From positions 80,850,001 to 80,914,000 of the forward strand of contig NW_024704742.1 of NCBI RefSeq assembly GCF_018977255.1: a stretch of DNA of 64,000 nt. Direction: 5' to 3'. The notes under the pieces are model-generated. The model saw only the letters and a list, made by a program, of their open reading frames with translations, searched no databases and was not told where the DNA came from. Below, in pieces: positions 1 to 13,830 of the stretch; the first letter of the stretch is position 1; the number at the start of each line of letters is the position of its first letter. The position numbers and the translations under genes were made by a program. This stretch comes from Callorhinchus milii. Taxonomy: Eukaryota.

Positions 1-3000
1 GTACTTCATACAATCAGAATCCTTTTCATTGTTCTGCCATAGGAAATTGAAATGTTTGTAATGTGGTACAGATGGAAATAATTGTCCAGCATTTTCAAAC
101 TAAAATGGAAGCTGACGATTTTTTTCCATTTTTCCTAACATTTTTCCCTCTCAATTTTCTAACTGATGACTGCTCCTGTCAGGGTTCATGATCATGGTGT
201 CTATTGGAGTCTATTATAATGCTGTGCGTAAGCCATGTGTAAGTGCAGGTGTTCTTAGATATGAAATGCAAAAGCAAATCCCGTTCCTTACTTGATTATA
301 TAATTATCAGCATTTGTAGGCATATTTAGACATGGTTTGCACATATATCTGTTTTTCAACGTGGGTTTCACATGACACACCAATAATGAGGAGTAAGGGA
401 ATAGAACACAGAGGGGCCTGTACAAATGAGATCATTAAGTTGAAAAGTGGCAAATATCTATTTTTGTTTACAAAGTTTAATGTTTCCAATGATATCCCTT
501 TTGGCACATGCCTCTGTGCCAGGTCCACATCTTCCTCATGCTGGGGTGCAGTTCTACACGTGCTGGTTGCCCTCCAGTAGTTCCCTGCCCAAGCGGCCAA
601 TGTTCATCAGGGTGTGAACGTTGATCATGAATATTGATAGGCTACTCAACCATACAGGGCTGAACCTCACCTCTCTTCAGCCAAACATGTGCACTACCAG
701 TAAATGCTGCCAAGAAGGGACTGGGACTAGGAACAGGAAACCTGTCTGACTTGAACCTCCCTAACGCAGGGTAGGCCAGGGCTGGTTTTGCCTCTCCATG
801 CAGCACTGGTTGAGATCAGTAGATCGAATGCAAAACGTAATTCAAATCAATGAGCTTGGAGTTCATAAACTACATCTTTATGCACTGCACAATCATAATG
901 CAGGCTTATTTTAATATACCCAAAAACTGCATTATAGCAGAGTCTGAATGTATAGAGCAACAACTTCAGGAACAGAGTTATGAAAAGAAGGATATGGGGT
1001 GGTGTTATATTAAAGGGAAGCATTTTTGTGGGAATATGTCAGATTTTTTGATCAAGAGAGATTAATCAAAAGCATCTTTTGAAAGTTTCTTTTGAATTGT
1101 CTCGTAAGAAAGATATGTTGATAGCGATCACACCCATGGTTTAATGTTTTTATAACTGTTTGGATGTGCTCTCAATAATTTGCCGGTCAACCCTGCAAAT
1201 AGCACAATTGTTCATCCTTGAATGTAGCTCCTATGAATATTCAACTATGCAAATTCCACAAAATCGTACGGGTGACATTGAATCCATCCTACAGAAGTCA
1301 TCTTCTTACAACCGCGGTTTTCAACAGTTGTATGTTGCAATTAAAAAACAGCAGATTTGTTGTTACTGATACTTTTCCTTCAGTTCACTCATCAATTTAT
1401 AAACAAATGGTTGAAGCAATGCGGCAAGGCAACAGTGAGCTTGTTATTTTCAGGCAAAATAGAAACAAAATAGCTTGTGAATTCTATTTTGCAGTGTTGC
1501 TGAGTAAAAATAATTGGGTAACTATCTATCTATGTATTCGCTGGCCAATGAAATAACAACACCAGTGGTTTCAAGAGTCTTTATGAAAAATCTAATAGAT
1601 TAGCATTAGCATGCTGGAAGGACGCATCCTATTTACCTAATTCTGGAAGAATTAGGTGCACATTGGCAAGAGCCAAGGCTTGGGGACCCCAGAGTGTGCG
1701 TTGGGGTACTGCGGGAGTCTAATCAGCTAAATCCACATAACTTGGCATCCTTGCCAAATAAAAATAATAATAATTTAGTCACTGCTGTGCGCAATAGATT
1801 GCCATATTTCGCCCATAAAATATACAGTCAATTCATTTTACAATATATTCTGTGAAGTGCTTTGAGGTATCTCGAAGACTTGATAATGCGCTGTATCAGA
1901 TGCAAAAATTATTATTATTATTGATATTGCTTTTTGGCAAGCTTTCTCATTGCTTGTCCAGCTAGGACCATCCTACCCATTGGAGCTTTGGTTTGCAGGG
2001 TTAACAGGAGCTGAGTAGGATGATTCCCTGCCTCCAGTGACTGGTCTTCCCTTCCAGATACTGCCGATGAGCCAGGCTAGATGTGCTGTCATCAGCAAGG
2101 CCCTGGAATACTGCAGACGTACCTGGCTCAAGAACTGGCCAATGTGGCTGGGGTCCTCCTTTCCCTCCCTGCAGTCATTTCCCCTTTTCCATCAATTCAT
2201 CTGACCACTTGGTCCTAGATCTTGCAAATGGGTTGAAGGAAATCCTTGGTATAACTGCCGATATGCAGATAAAACAGGAACATTTTGACTATATCTATAC
2301 ATCAAGGATGTACATGCACCAAAGTATAATTTGCAGATTGTTGTTGTTCCGACAAATCAACAGAGAGAATCACCAATATATAATCATCCTACTCAAATGT
2401 CTCTCCACAGGAAATATCATTATACACCACTTATATCTGTTTTAGATGGCAGTTTTCCCATTTGTGTGTAAGTTGGGTGTTCTTTTGTTTAATATAAAGT
2501 ACTATATATATGTAACTATATCCATCCGGTTAAGGGTCTCCATCTAGTTAGAAATAGCTGGGGACACTGGGGAGCACTGCATTGCCGGGGTTGCCATCTT
2601 TCAGATGAAATGCTAATGTCTGGTCATCCTATTCTTCATGGGGACAGTAAAGATCCCATGTCACAAATCAAAAGGATGTGGCTGTTTCTTCCAGGGTCCT
2701 GGCCAGCAATCCTCCAGATAAATTGATCATTCATCTCAAGGCTGTCAATAGGACTTTGCTGCACATTAAATAGCTTCTACGTTTGGGTACAAAACATTCA
2801 ATCCGCTTGACAATAATTATCATAAAGTGCTTTGAGGCTTCTGACATAAATGGCATTATAAAAATGCAAGTTTCTTTCTTGGGTAAATGCAGTTAATCAG
2901 AAAGCTTTGAAAACTGTGGGAAATTAGGTTTGAAATCATCCTGCTTGTGGTTATGTTTTACCCTCATTAGCACCTTTCAGTAATTAGGTTTTGAGAAGAC

Positions 3001-3821
3001 AAATCTGCTTCTTTATTACTACAGCCTGCCGAGAGGCACTTTGCATTGTGAAATTAATTTCAAATATAAAACGGCATAGCCCAAGTAGAAAATCATCAAT
3101 CTAATCTACAACCAAAGGGTAGAAATGATTGAAATAACATAGTCCCTATTTTGTTTCTAGGTGAAAATTATGCCTGCAGTTCAGGCGCATTTGAATCTTT
3201 GTTTTATATCTCTAATGTGCAAGGTCAAAAAGTAGTTGTCATAAATTTGCCGAAAAAAAATTCTACAACAGATCAAAATACTGTGAATACCAGAACTGTT
3301 GGAATTAATTAACCATGCCCATCACAAAAGAGCTTCAGCATTTTTTTAAGCAATCTGTTTCTTTACAGATTTGCCACAAAGGTCAAAGCATATTATATTC
3401 CGTACTTAGCGGTCAGAAATATCATATAGCTGAAAATAGGCTTTGTGTACTAGTTTGAAGAATTGCCTGGGAGAAAGCAAGCCACCTTCTGACATATTTA
3501 TATTAAAGAAATAAAGAATAAAAATACTGAATAAAATATGACAGTTTGTAAAGAAATTTAATCCTCAGGCAGCTGCGCTTCCTTGGAACACAAGTCCACA
3601 ATAGATTATTTTACCTTCAAATAGTTACTGAATAAAAAAATAATTAAAATATAAACTCAGAACTACTTAATGATATGCATAAATCTATTACATTGATGAG
3701 TTTCAGCCACCTGAATGTTAAACTCTTCTGAAAATGTTAACATCATTTAAAGTAATGCTTCTACAGTGACTTAAAACTGCCTGATAGTGTATAACCAGCT
3801 GAAAATCATAGGCCTGTATTA

Positions 3822-4177
3822 GTAATAATCATAATTCTTGCATTTGATATAGCAGCTTATCATGTCTTCGACACGTGTCAAAGTGCTCCACAAAATATAC
3901 TGTAGTGAATTGACTGTATATTTCTATGGGTGAAACTCGGCAGCTAAACGCACATAGAGGTGTCCCACAAACAGTCATGGATTGAGTGACCAAATTATTC
4001 TTTTTTTACCTGGAAAAGGGATCCGCCAATCAACTAACAACCAGGTTCCTACTTACTGCTATATAAACAGAGGAGTGCGGAGTAAGGAAACTTGCCTAAG
4101 GTTTTCCCTAGCCTGGGAATCAAACACAGGTCCTCTCATTTCCAAAGATAGCGCTCTAACCAATACACTACAGGACT
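3822..4177 (-). mobile_element. older, longer variant of the same SINE
   Basis: Same head and tail plus an extra internal block near 4005-4075 that is also present near 26520-26575. Confidence 0.8.
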
Positions 4178-4584
4178 CCACATTGACTGCTCCCTGCATT
4201 ATGGAGGGAGAAGGGGACAGGCAGCTATATACTTACATAGAGTGCAATTCACTGGCCTCCTGCCCTGCCAATCTCGTCACTACAGAGGTGACAGGGCAGC
4301 AGAAATAGTTCACTGAGGATTTGGATGGAACTAAATCAAAGGCAGGTAGAGTTAAATTGCAGCCAGCCACTTCAAAGCAAAACTGATGCAAAGAATAAAA
4401 CACACACATATATGTGAACACATGCACCTCTTGGAGGCAAGTATTATAGAATTTGAGTCTGGCTGGTTGGCTTTAAGCCCGCAGCATTGGACTGCACTTT
4501 GGCGCTCAATTAACAATACTTCAGAAACATTAGGGCTCGTGTTCGAACACTGGTCCTATTTCCATAAAGATCTATGAAAAAGGT

Positions 4585-6890
4585 ATTGCGCTTCAAGTGA
4601 GGAGGATTGTAGCAGACTGCAGGAGGACATAGACAGGCTGGTGAACAGGGCAGACACGTGGCAGATGGAATTGAAACCAGAGAATTGTGAATTGATGCAT
4701 TTTGGTAGCATTAATGAGGAAAGGCAATATAAGTAAATGGTATAATCTTAAGGGTGTTGCAGGAACAGAAAGGCCTGGGGGTTCACATGAACAAATCTTT
4801 GAAGATGGCAGGATAAGTTGACAAAGCTGTTAAAAAAAATGGGATCCTTGGCTTTATAAATAGAGGCATAAAATAAAATAAATGCAAGTAAGTTATGTTG
4901 AACCTTTACAAATTGCTGGTTGAGCCTCAGCTGGAGTATTGTGTCTAATTTAGGAAGGATGTCAGGGCCTTGGAGAGGGTGTAGATAAGATTTACCAGAA
5001 TGATACCAGGGATGAGGGATTTCAGTTATGTGGAGAGATAAGAGAGGCTGGGATTATACTCCTTGGAGAAAAGGTTGAGGGGAGATTTAATAGAGAGAGG
5101 TGTTCAAAATTATGAGGGGTTTTGATAGAGTAGATAGGGAGAAACTGGTTCCTCTAGTGGGTGGGTTAGAAACCAGAGGCCACGGATTTAAGATAAATGG
5201 CAGAAGAAACAGAAAGGAGATTCATAGATTCATAGAATGTTATGGCACAGAAGGAGGCCATTCGGCCCATCGAGTCTGTACCGGCTCTTTGACAGAGCAA
5301 GTCACTTTCACTCACCCCACTCACCAGCTTTCTCCCTATAACCCTGCAAACCCGTCTTCCCCAGATACCTATCCAGTTCTCTCTTAAAAGCTGTTATCGA
5401 ATCGGACTTCACTACCCTTTCAGGCAGATCATTCCAAATTCAAACAACTCGCTGAGTGAAAAAATTTCTTCTAACCTCCCCTCTGCTTCTTTTGGTAGAT
5501 ATCTTAAGACTGTGACCACGGGTCACAGACAAACCTACAGCGGAAACAGCTTTTCCTTATCTAGCCTGTCGAAACCTTTCATGATCTTGAAGACCTCTAT
5601 CAGGTCCCCGCGTAACCTTCTCTGCTCGAATAGGAAAAGTCCTAACTTCTCCAGCCTGTCCTCATAACTAAGGTTCTCCATTCCTGGTATCATTCTCGTG
5701 AATCTCCTCTGCACCCTTTCCAGTGCCTTAATGTCCTTCCTGAAGTAAGGTGCCCAGAACTGGACGCAGTACTCCAGCTGAGGCCTAACCAGTGTTTTGT
5801 ATAGATTAACCATAACCTCCCTGCTCTTATACTCTATGCCCCTACTAATAAAGCTCAGTACACCAAATGCCTTTTTTACTGCCTTATCTACCTGTCCCGC
5901 TACCTTTAATGATTCGCTTACTTGAACACCCAGATCTCTTTGTGCATTCACCCCCCTTAAGATTGAGCTACCAAGTCTATATTGCTTCCTATCATTTTTC
6001 CTATCTAAGTGTATCACCTCACACTTATCCACATTGAAATTCATCTGCCACATGTCAGCCCATTCCACCATTCTGTGTATGTCTGCTTGCAGTTGGTTAC
6101 AGTCCTCCTCACTATTTACTACCATACCTAACGTTGTATCATCTGCAAACTTGAAAATAGTGCTCTCTGTGCCCAAGTCCAGATCATTAATATATATTAG
6201 AAAGAGCAGTGGTCCCAATACCGATCCCTGGGGGACACCCCTGCACACCTCCTTCCATTTTGAGAAACAGCAATTAACCACCACCCTCTGCTTTCTGTCA
6301 CTCAGCCAGTTCCTAATCCAAACTGCCACTGTCCCCTTAATACTGTGGGCCTCTAATTTTTTTATTAATCTCTTACGCGGTATTGTGTCAAAAGCCTTTT
6401 TGAAATCCATGTAAATAACATCCACCGCATTTCCCTCATCAACCCTCGCAGTCACCTCTTCAAAAAATTCTATTAGATTTGTTAGGCAAGATTTGCCTTT
6501 AACAAATCCATGTTGGCTGTCTCTAATTACCTCATGTTCCTCTAAGTAGAGATTTATTCTGTCCCGGATAAAAAAAAAAATTACCAAGTGAGTTGTTACG
6601 GTCTGGAATGCACTGCCTGTAAAGGCGGTATAACAACAACTTGCACTTATATAGCATCCTCCATGCAGGGTAGCGTCTCAGAGCACTTAACAGTGGCGGA
6701 GGCTGGGGGAGAGGGAGGTAGCATAACCAGTTCCGTTGGTAGATTTCAAAAGGGATTGGAAGAGGCATTTGAAAAGGAAAGAATTGCAGGGCTATGGGGT
6801 AAGAGTGAGGAGTGGGACTAGTTGGTAGCTCTTTCAAAGAGCTGGAACAAGCATGATGGGCCAAGTGGCCTTCTTCTACGCTGTAAGATT
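4585..6890 (+). mobile_element. older CR1 LINE 3' part, split by later insertions
   Basis: Degenerate RT C-terminus (LQEDIDRL, FKIMRGFDRVDREKL) at 4585-5220; resumes near 6571 and runs to the CR1 3' end gatgggccaagtggccttcttctacgctgtaagattc. Confidence 0.85.
5221..6570 (-). mobile_element. young 5'-truncated CR1 LINE with uninterrupted RT frame
   Basis: ORF 5535-6587: SQHGFVKGKSCLTNL, GVPQGSVLGPLLFLIYINDL, KFADD; 3' UTR and ATTCTATG-type tail near 5221-5240. Confidence 0.95.
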
Positions 6891-7060
6891 CAATCCAGCT
6901 GATTTGGGCTGGCTGGGTTTTGGACTGCTACTTGTGGTCAGCTGTTGGAATCTCCTGATAAAGAACAACTTGCAACTGGAACAATAATTCACATTTGTAT
7001 TGCGCTGTTCATTATTATTCATAACTGTACCTATCTTGGGGATATTATGGTGAAATTTAA

Positions 7061-7252
<192 letters not shown>

Positions 7253-8820
7253 TAAGTGGTGATTCCTGTTTGCGCATTGTCAGATCCATGTATTTCTTAA
7301 TACCCAACATTGACAGCTCCTCTCAGGTTTGCTCCTTGCATGATTAGCCAGGTACCTATCCGGTTTTGTCAGATTGCAAATCTTGAAATGTGCAATGTTC
7401 AGTCCATCACGTGTGTCACATGTACAGTCAGTCCCAGTAAGTGAATGACCTCCACAAGATTATACGGTGACAATACCCTGTTGTTTTCAGTGGCAGCTCA
7501 TTCCTCTTCTTGAGTTGTTTTCCCTTCCCCCCAAACTGTTGCCAATTTATATTTCATGAGAAATGGTGCCAGTTAATTGTTTGTGGCATCATTCATGGAT
7601 GATGGAATAGGGCAGTGAAGTCTAAGCTGTTCTACAGTGATGTAATATCAGGTACGAACGTGGAAATTCACTGCACTATTTACAGAAGCAGTTTCGTTAA
7701 ATTAGAGTTTAAAGCTGTTTTTCTACCTTATTCTTCTTCTGAAGGTAACAGGCCTGTGTCAAGTTACAGAATAATAAATAATCCTTCCACTTAGTACTGC
7801 GCCTTTTATATCAGGGAAACGTCCCAAAGTGCTTCAAAGGTTATTCCGTAAAGTGCAGATACTATGTGTTTTGTGGGCGATTACAGCAGCCAAATTAGTG
7901 CACAGCAATGTCCCACAAACAGCCATGAAGTGAATGACCAATTTTATCTTGGGGATTGTTGGCCAGGAAACTGGGAGAAACTCCCTTGTCCATATTCAGG
8001 AATCGTTTTCGCACTTCTCCCAAGTACCTATTTTAATGTGTTAAGATTAAGTACAGGGCATGTTTTTCAAACTTTTAAGGGCTTGGTTGACAAAAACCAC
8101 TGAGTGACTAGCAGGCTTGAGCAGAAATCCAAATTTATGAAGCTTCAATGAAAACAAAGTATCGGCCCAATTGCCTGAAAGTTCACCCTCCGCTTTTCTG
8201 AAGCAACTAAATAGCCACTTGAGTCCGATAAATGTTAAGAAGTTCGAGAGTTGTACCTTACAGATTGTGGTGGAAAATGGCTTCACAACAGCAGAGCAAA
8301 ACCTGTTCCAGTGAGGAGTCTCTGCAAGGTTTGATGGACATGGTTCAGAAAAGACGAGAGTATGTTGGTGAAGGAGGACAGCCCAGCATGCAAAGGGCAT
8401 TGAACGTGGCAGTTTTACTTTTCCAAAAAGTACTGTTGGTTTAAAAAACAGAAGTGTACTTTTTTTATGGATTAAAAAAACGAATCATACAATTTTGAGA
8501 GATTGGTGAAATTTAAATACTGCGAAGGAAAGATATCTCAAATTGACATTGAGGATTCCTGCACCTATTCCACATCCTTGGATTATGCAGGGTACAGCAG
8601 TGTTACATAATAATTTGATATACTGACCTGTGTTTAGCTGTGCAAAGCATACATACATTTGGAAAATGTACAAATGCGTGCCTTATTTAGTGAACCGGGA
8701 TCCTGAAAACTGCTATCTGTGTAGTAGTTCTCAAATGTTTCAACACTGTTATTAAGGATTATATCATCCTAAGGGAGCATGTGCTGTAAAGTAGTTATGA
8801 AATTGGAAAATGAAATCTGA

Positions 8821-9069
<249 letters not shown>

Positions 9070-10164
9070 TAAGAAACAATTTAATAGTGTAACATTAGGC
9101 TTGCTTTTCAAGTAACATGAGATCAAATGTTTCAACACTGTTATTAAGGATAGTCTTGGTTCCTTAAATCGGTTTATTTTATTTCTACGGATCCAACTGT
9201 TAGCAGAATATCTGCTTAACCCCAGTCACAAATACTCTTGGCTCATGTTCTTTGTGTTCTTCATATTGGTTTCATTCCCTTAGCTTTCCCGAGCATCTGC
9301 ACCTGCTGACCACCCTGAGATCTGATATCATTCTTTATGCTATAACCACTTTAATTCATTTATTTGATGCATGGACGCTTCAATTCATTGATGGAATCCA
9401 ATGGAATATTTTGGTTTGAAATCCCTGCAGCCTTCATCATTTTCATTCCTTTGTGTCTCCTGCCATATTCCAATCTGGAGACTGCCGGAATTGAATCTCA
9501 ATAGTACAATATAGGTGATGTTACCAGCCCTGTAGATTTTGTTTTGCAAATTAGTAAATGCTACTCACTGCCAGTTATTATTCCCTTTTTTAATTTCCTC
9601 TGAGAAGTTCTTAATTTGATTGCAGAATTATACACTTAGGAATATACTAATGCAAAGCTGACTAAACAACAGTACCAATCATAATAGCATTTCAGTTTGC
9701 AATGTTTAATTCCATCATAGGTAACAATCAATAATGCCACATTTTGGAGGTTAGGTGTACACGTGTGCTTCATTAATTTTGTATAGTTCAGAAATTTAAA
9801 TGCTCACGTTTTGTATCATTTCACTGGGTATAATTTGTAAATTTGTTGCGTTAAATGAACTGCTTGCTCAGCTGGATGCTGAGACATGTCAGATGATTTA
9901 GTTGTCAATTTTAAAACACAGAGACTTGCTTAAAGCTAAACCAGGTGTTCAAGTCAAAGCAGCACTAATCTTTTATGTAATTATGTATTGATAGATTTCA
10001 GAGAAAAATTGTAATGAGGTCAACACAGAGTACAAAATGAATAAAGTGAAAGTGTTAACAATATATGCATTGCAGTTTTATGTCAAAAACAAGGTAATAT
10101 CAACAAATGTTAACATTGCTGTAGATTAAATTGTGTCCAGAGTTTTGAAATTACCCGATCCATT

Positions 10165-11450
10165 CAACAACAACAAAATTATATTTATAGAGCGCCTCTC
10201 ACATCGGGAGGACGTCCCAAAGCACTGAAGAGTCAGATGTCAGGGTCCGAGCATGGGGGAGGGGTGGTGTAGGGGTGAAGGAAGGCAGAGAAGTGGGAGG
10301 CAGACCAAAGGTACGGTCAAAGGGAAGGGTTTCAGACCAGCCTTGAAGGAGGCAAGGGAGGAAGCGAGGTAAAGGGACCATGGGATGGAGTTCCAGAGTG
10401 TGGGGGCAGAGAGGCTGAAAGCCCGGCCACCGATGGTAGGGTGGGTCGGGGGGAGACATGGAGCAGGCCGGAGCCTGATGAACGGAGGGAGTGGGCAAGT
10501 TGGTAGGGAGTCAGCAGGTCAGAGAGGTAAGAGGGGGCAAGGCCATGGATGGCCTTAAAGGTGAGGACGAGGATCTTGAACTCGATCCTCTGGGGGATGG
10601 GGAGCCAGTGGAGTTGGGAGAGAGTGGGAGTGATGGGGTCACGGAGCCTGGGGCGCGAGAGTACATGAGCTGCAGAATTTTGGATGATCTGCAGCTTGTG
10701 AAGGGAAGAGTTGGGAAGGCTAATGAGGAGGGAGTTCCCATAATCGAGCCTTGAGGTGTCAAATGCGTGGGTGAGGGTTTGGGCAGCCTGAGGGATGAGG
10801 CAGTGGCAGAGTCTGGCAATTTCACGGAGGTGGTGGTAGGCAGAGCCGGTCATGGCGCGAATGTGGGGGAGAAAGGACAGTTCAGGGTCAAACAAGATAC
10901 CCAGGTTGCTGACTGGCTTAGTGAGGTTGAATGTGCAGCCATGGAGGCTGATGCTGCCAGCGCCTGAGGTGTGGAGGCGCTGGTACGAGCTAATCAGGAG
11001 GGCCTCGGTCTTGCTGACGTTGAGCTGGAGAAAGTTGTCCCTCATCCAGGACTTGATGTCGGACAGGCAGTCGGTCAAGACCTCAGTAGTCCTGGAGTTC
11101 AGGGTGGAGGCAGAGAGGTAGAGTTGGGTGTCATCCGCATACATGTGGAAATTCACCCCATGTCTGCGAATGCCGTCACCAAGGGGAAGCATATAGTGGG
11201 TGAAGAGGAGGGAACCGAAGACAGAGCCCTGAGGAACACTGCACAAGACAGTTCGGGGGCTGGAGGAGAAACCGTTTGCTGCGACAAAGTGGAGGCAGTG
11301 TGAAAGGTAGGACTTGAACCAGTCAAGGACAGCACCTTGAAGGTTGAAGTGGGAGGAGAGGAGGTGGAGGAGGATTGAATAGTCCACGGTGTCAAAGGCC
11401 GCGGAGAGGTTGAGGAGCATGAGGAGGCAGAGGGAGCCCTGGTCACACAT
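10165..11450 (-). mobile_element. L2-clade LINE, 5'-truncated, 372-aa open RT frame
   Basis: LSAAFDTVD, VPQGSVFG, MYADDTQLY, SRLDYGNSLL, LHWLPIPQRIEFKIL; (TTG)n tail at about 10165. Confidence 0.93.
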
Positions 11451-13241
11451 GATGAAAGTCTGACTTTATTGCATTAACTATTAAATTATGATCAGCAGCA
11501 TTTCAAGAAATGTGTTTCTATTTGTTGATAGGTTATTATTAATAATAATCATTATTGTATTTGATTCACCAAACTTATCACACCAAAGACATTTCTCAAA
11601 GCGCTCTACCAGATTTAATGTAAAGTGAAGTCACTGTATTTGTAGGCAAAACGGCAGCTAATTGCACTCAACAATGTCCCACAAACAGCCATGAAGTGAA
11701 TGGCCAATTTTTATCTGGAGGATTGTTGGCTCAGTCACTGATAAAAACTACCTTCTCTTTTCAAATAATGCCATGGGTTCTTTAACGTCCATATGAACAG
11801 GCAGCTTGGACCTCATCTTAACATCTGAAGCACAGAATCCCAAACAATGCAGTGTTTCCCAGTTAGAGTATCAACCCAGATTATTAGCTCAAAATCCCAA
11901 CATGGGCCTTGAACCCACAACCTTCTGACTCAGAGGTGAGAGCAAGGTTGATGAATTGCAACTGAGACCAACTGAGCAAGATTGATGAATTGCAGCAACA
12001 TTACAATCTGATTTGCTTGTCAGTAAGAATGGGTGAGGTCTAAGTATGTTGATGTCTTTCAAAAAAGTATTTGAAACAACTTTAGTGACACAGTGACAGT
12101 TGATGAATCCAGGTTGCTTCTCGTGCTCTCTAAATTTGATGAACAGAGCATATGCAAAAAACATTCAACTTGTGCCATTGGGACGTAACCTACTGGATGC
12201 TTGAGCTGTATACTTCTTGGCACCACTCTTTATTACATACCTTTATTTTTCTTTTCCTGTTGACTTGGTAACTGTTTTGGGCAATCGACCAATGATGTGT
12301 ATAGATAGTGACATTACCTGGTAATACACTGCTATTTATCAGTCAAGACACTTGCAGTGTTTGCCTTTCTGTTGTCAATCCTTCAGGGTTGACATCATTA
12401 CATGTCAGCTACCTGGAGCATACTGATTGTCGGTGTCCAGCATGACAGCCTGTACAACAAAGACAAGAAGATAAGGTTCTGAATGGAATAAAAGTCTACA
12501 GTAGATGTTGAAATGAAAGACAATACTCTCAAGTGATTTGAAGCCTGTAATTTCCACCTCTGGGTTCATATAACTCTACAGGCTAAGGTTTGTTCTCACA
12601 GTTTTACAATCTCCTCTGAGTACCTTTATCCAATTGCTGCCTTGTAATAAGTCTAGGATATCAATACTTTCCTGGATGATGAACAAGATGTTCACGCCAC
12701 ATAAATGGCAGTGTGTCAGCCTGGCTCATTTGATTGCACTGTTGACTCTGAGTCAGAAGGTTGTAGGTCCAAACCTCACATTGGTACTTTGAACTCATTG
12801 TGGCTTTGATAGTGCAGTGTAGAACTACAGGTGTACTGCCTTGTCAGAGTTGCTGTCCTTCAATGAGACAAGATCTCTTTTGCCTGTTCGGGTGAACATT
12901 AAAGATCCCGTGGGATTTTCCGTAAAGAGAAGGGAGTTTCTTCCGATGACATGCCCCACGGAAAATCCTGGGATCCTACTACCTCACTCCCACCTTTCAA
13001 GCCTTGTCTTAATATCTGCCATTTAGACAGTGCTTTCTGTCAACTCCCCCTCCTCCCCCATCAATCCTCTGCAGCCTGCCACCTCCAGCTTGAGCTCACA
13101 GTTACTTATGTGAAGCACTTTGAGATGTTATGCTGACGCAAACAATCCTATATAAATGTAAACTATTGTCTGTTGTTGTTATGTTCACCTACAAATGCAC
13201 TGTCAATATACTTTACATCAGTATCCTGCGAAATGCTTTGA

Positions 13242-13571
<330 letters not shown>

Positions 13572-13574
13572 TAA

Positions 13575-13830
13575 GGATGTACCAAGACAGCAGAACAAGA
13601 GGACATAAGTTTAAAATTACAAAGAGCAATTTTAGGACAGACACTGGACGTTTTTCATTACATAGAGGATAATTAACAACTGGAACAGGTTGTCAGGAAG
13701 GGTGGTTGAGGCAAAGACATTGGACTCATTTAAAAAGCAGCTTTGTGCTGTGATGGGAGGTTGGATATACTGAAAAGATGAGATTAGATGGGCCAAAAGT
13801 TCTTCTTTATCCAAATAAACTTTGTGAACT
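13575..13830 (+). mobile_element. CR1-type 3' end fragment (related copies about 35850-36180 and 50700-50950)
   Basis: RTRGHKFKITK-like ORF end and tagatgggccaaaa 3' hairpin region shared by three copies. Confidence 0.65.

Noticed and set aside
5535..6587. 350-aa ORF as a host gene or bacterial-type retron/RT system
   Set aside because: Ordinary 5'-truncated CR1 ORF2 with its own 3' UTR and tail; no real start or partner genes
10332..11450. 372-aa ORF as a domesticated gene
   Set aside because: 5'-truncated L2 RT with a close sister copy at 56770-57788; the open frame is explained by youth
11940..11995. About 21-bp near-tandem duplication gagcaag.ttgatgaattgca
   Set aside because: Short local duplication at a SINE edge; not an array and not CRISPR-like
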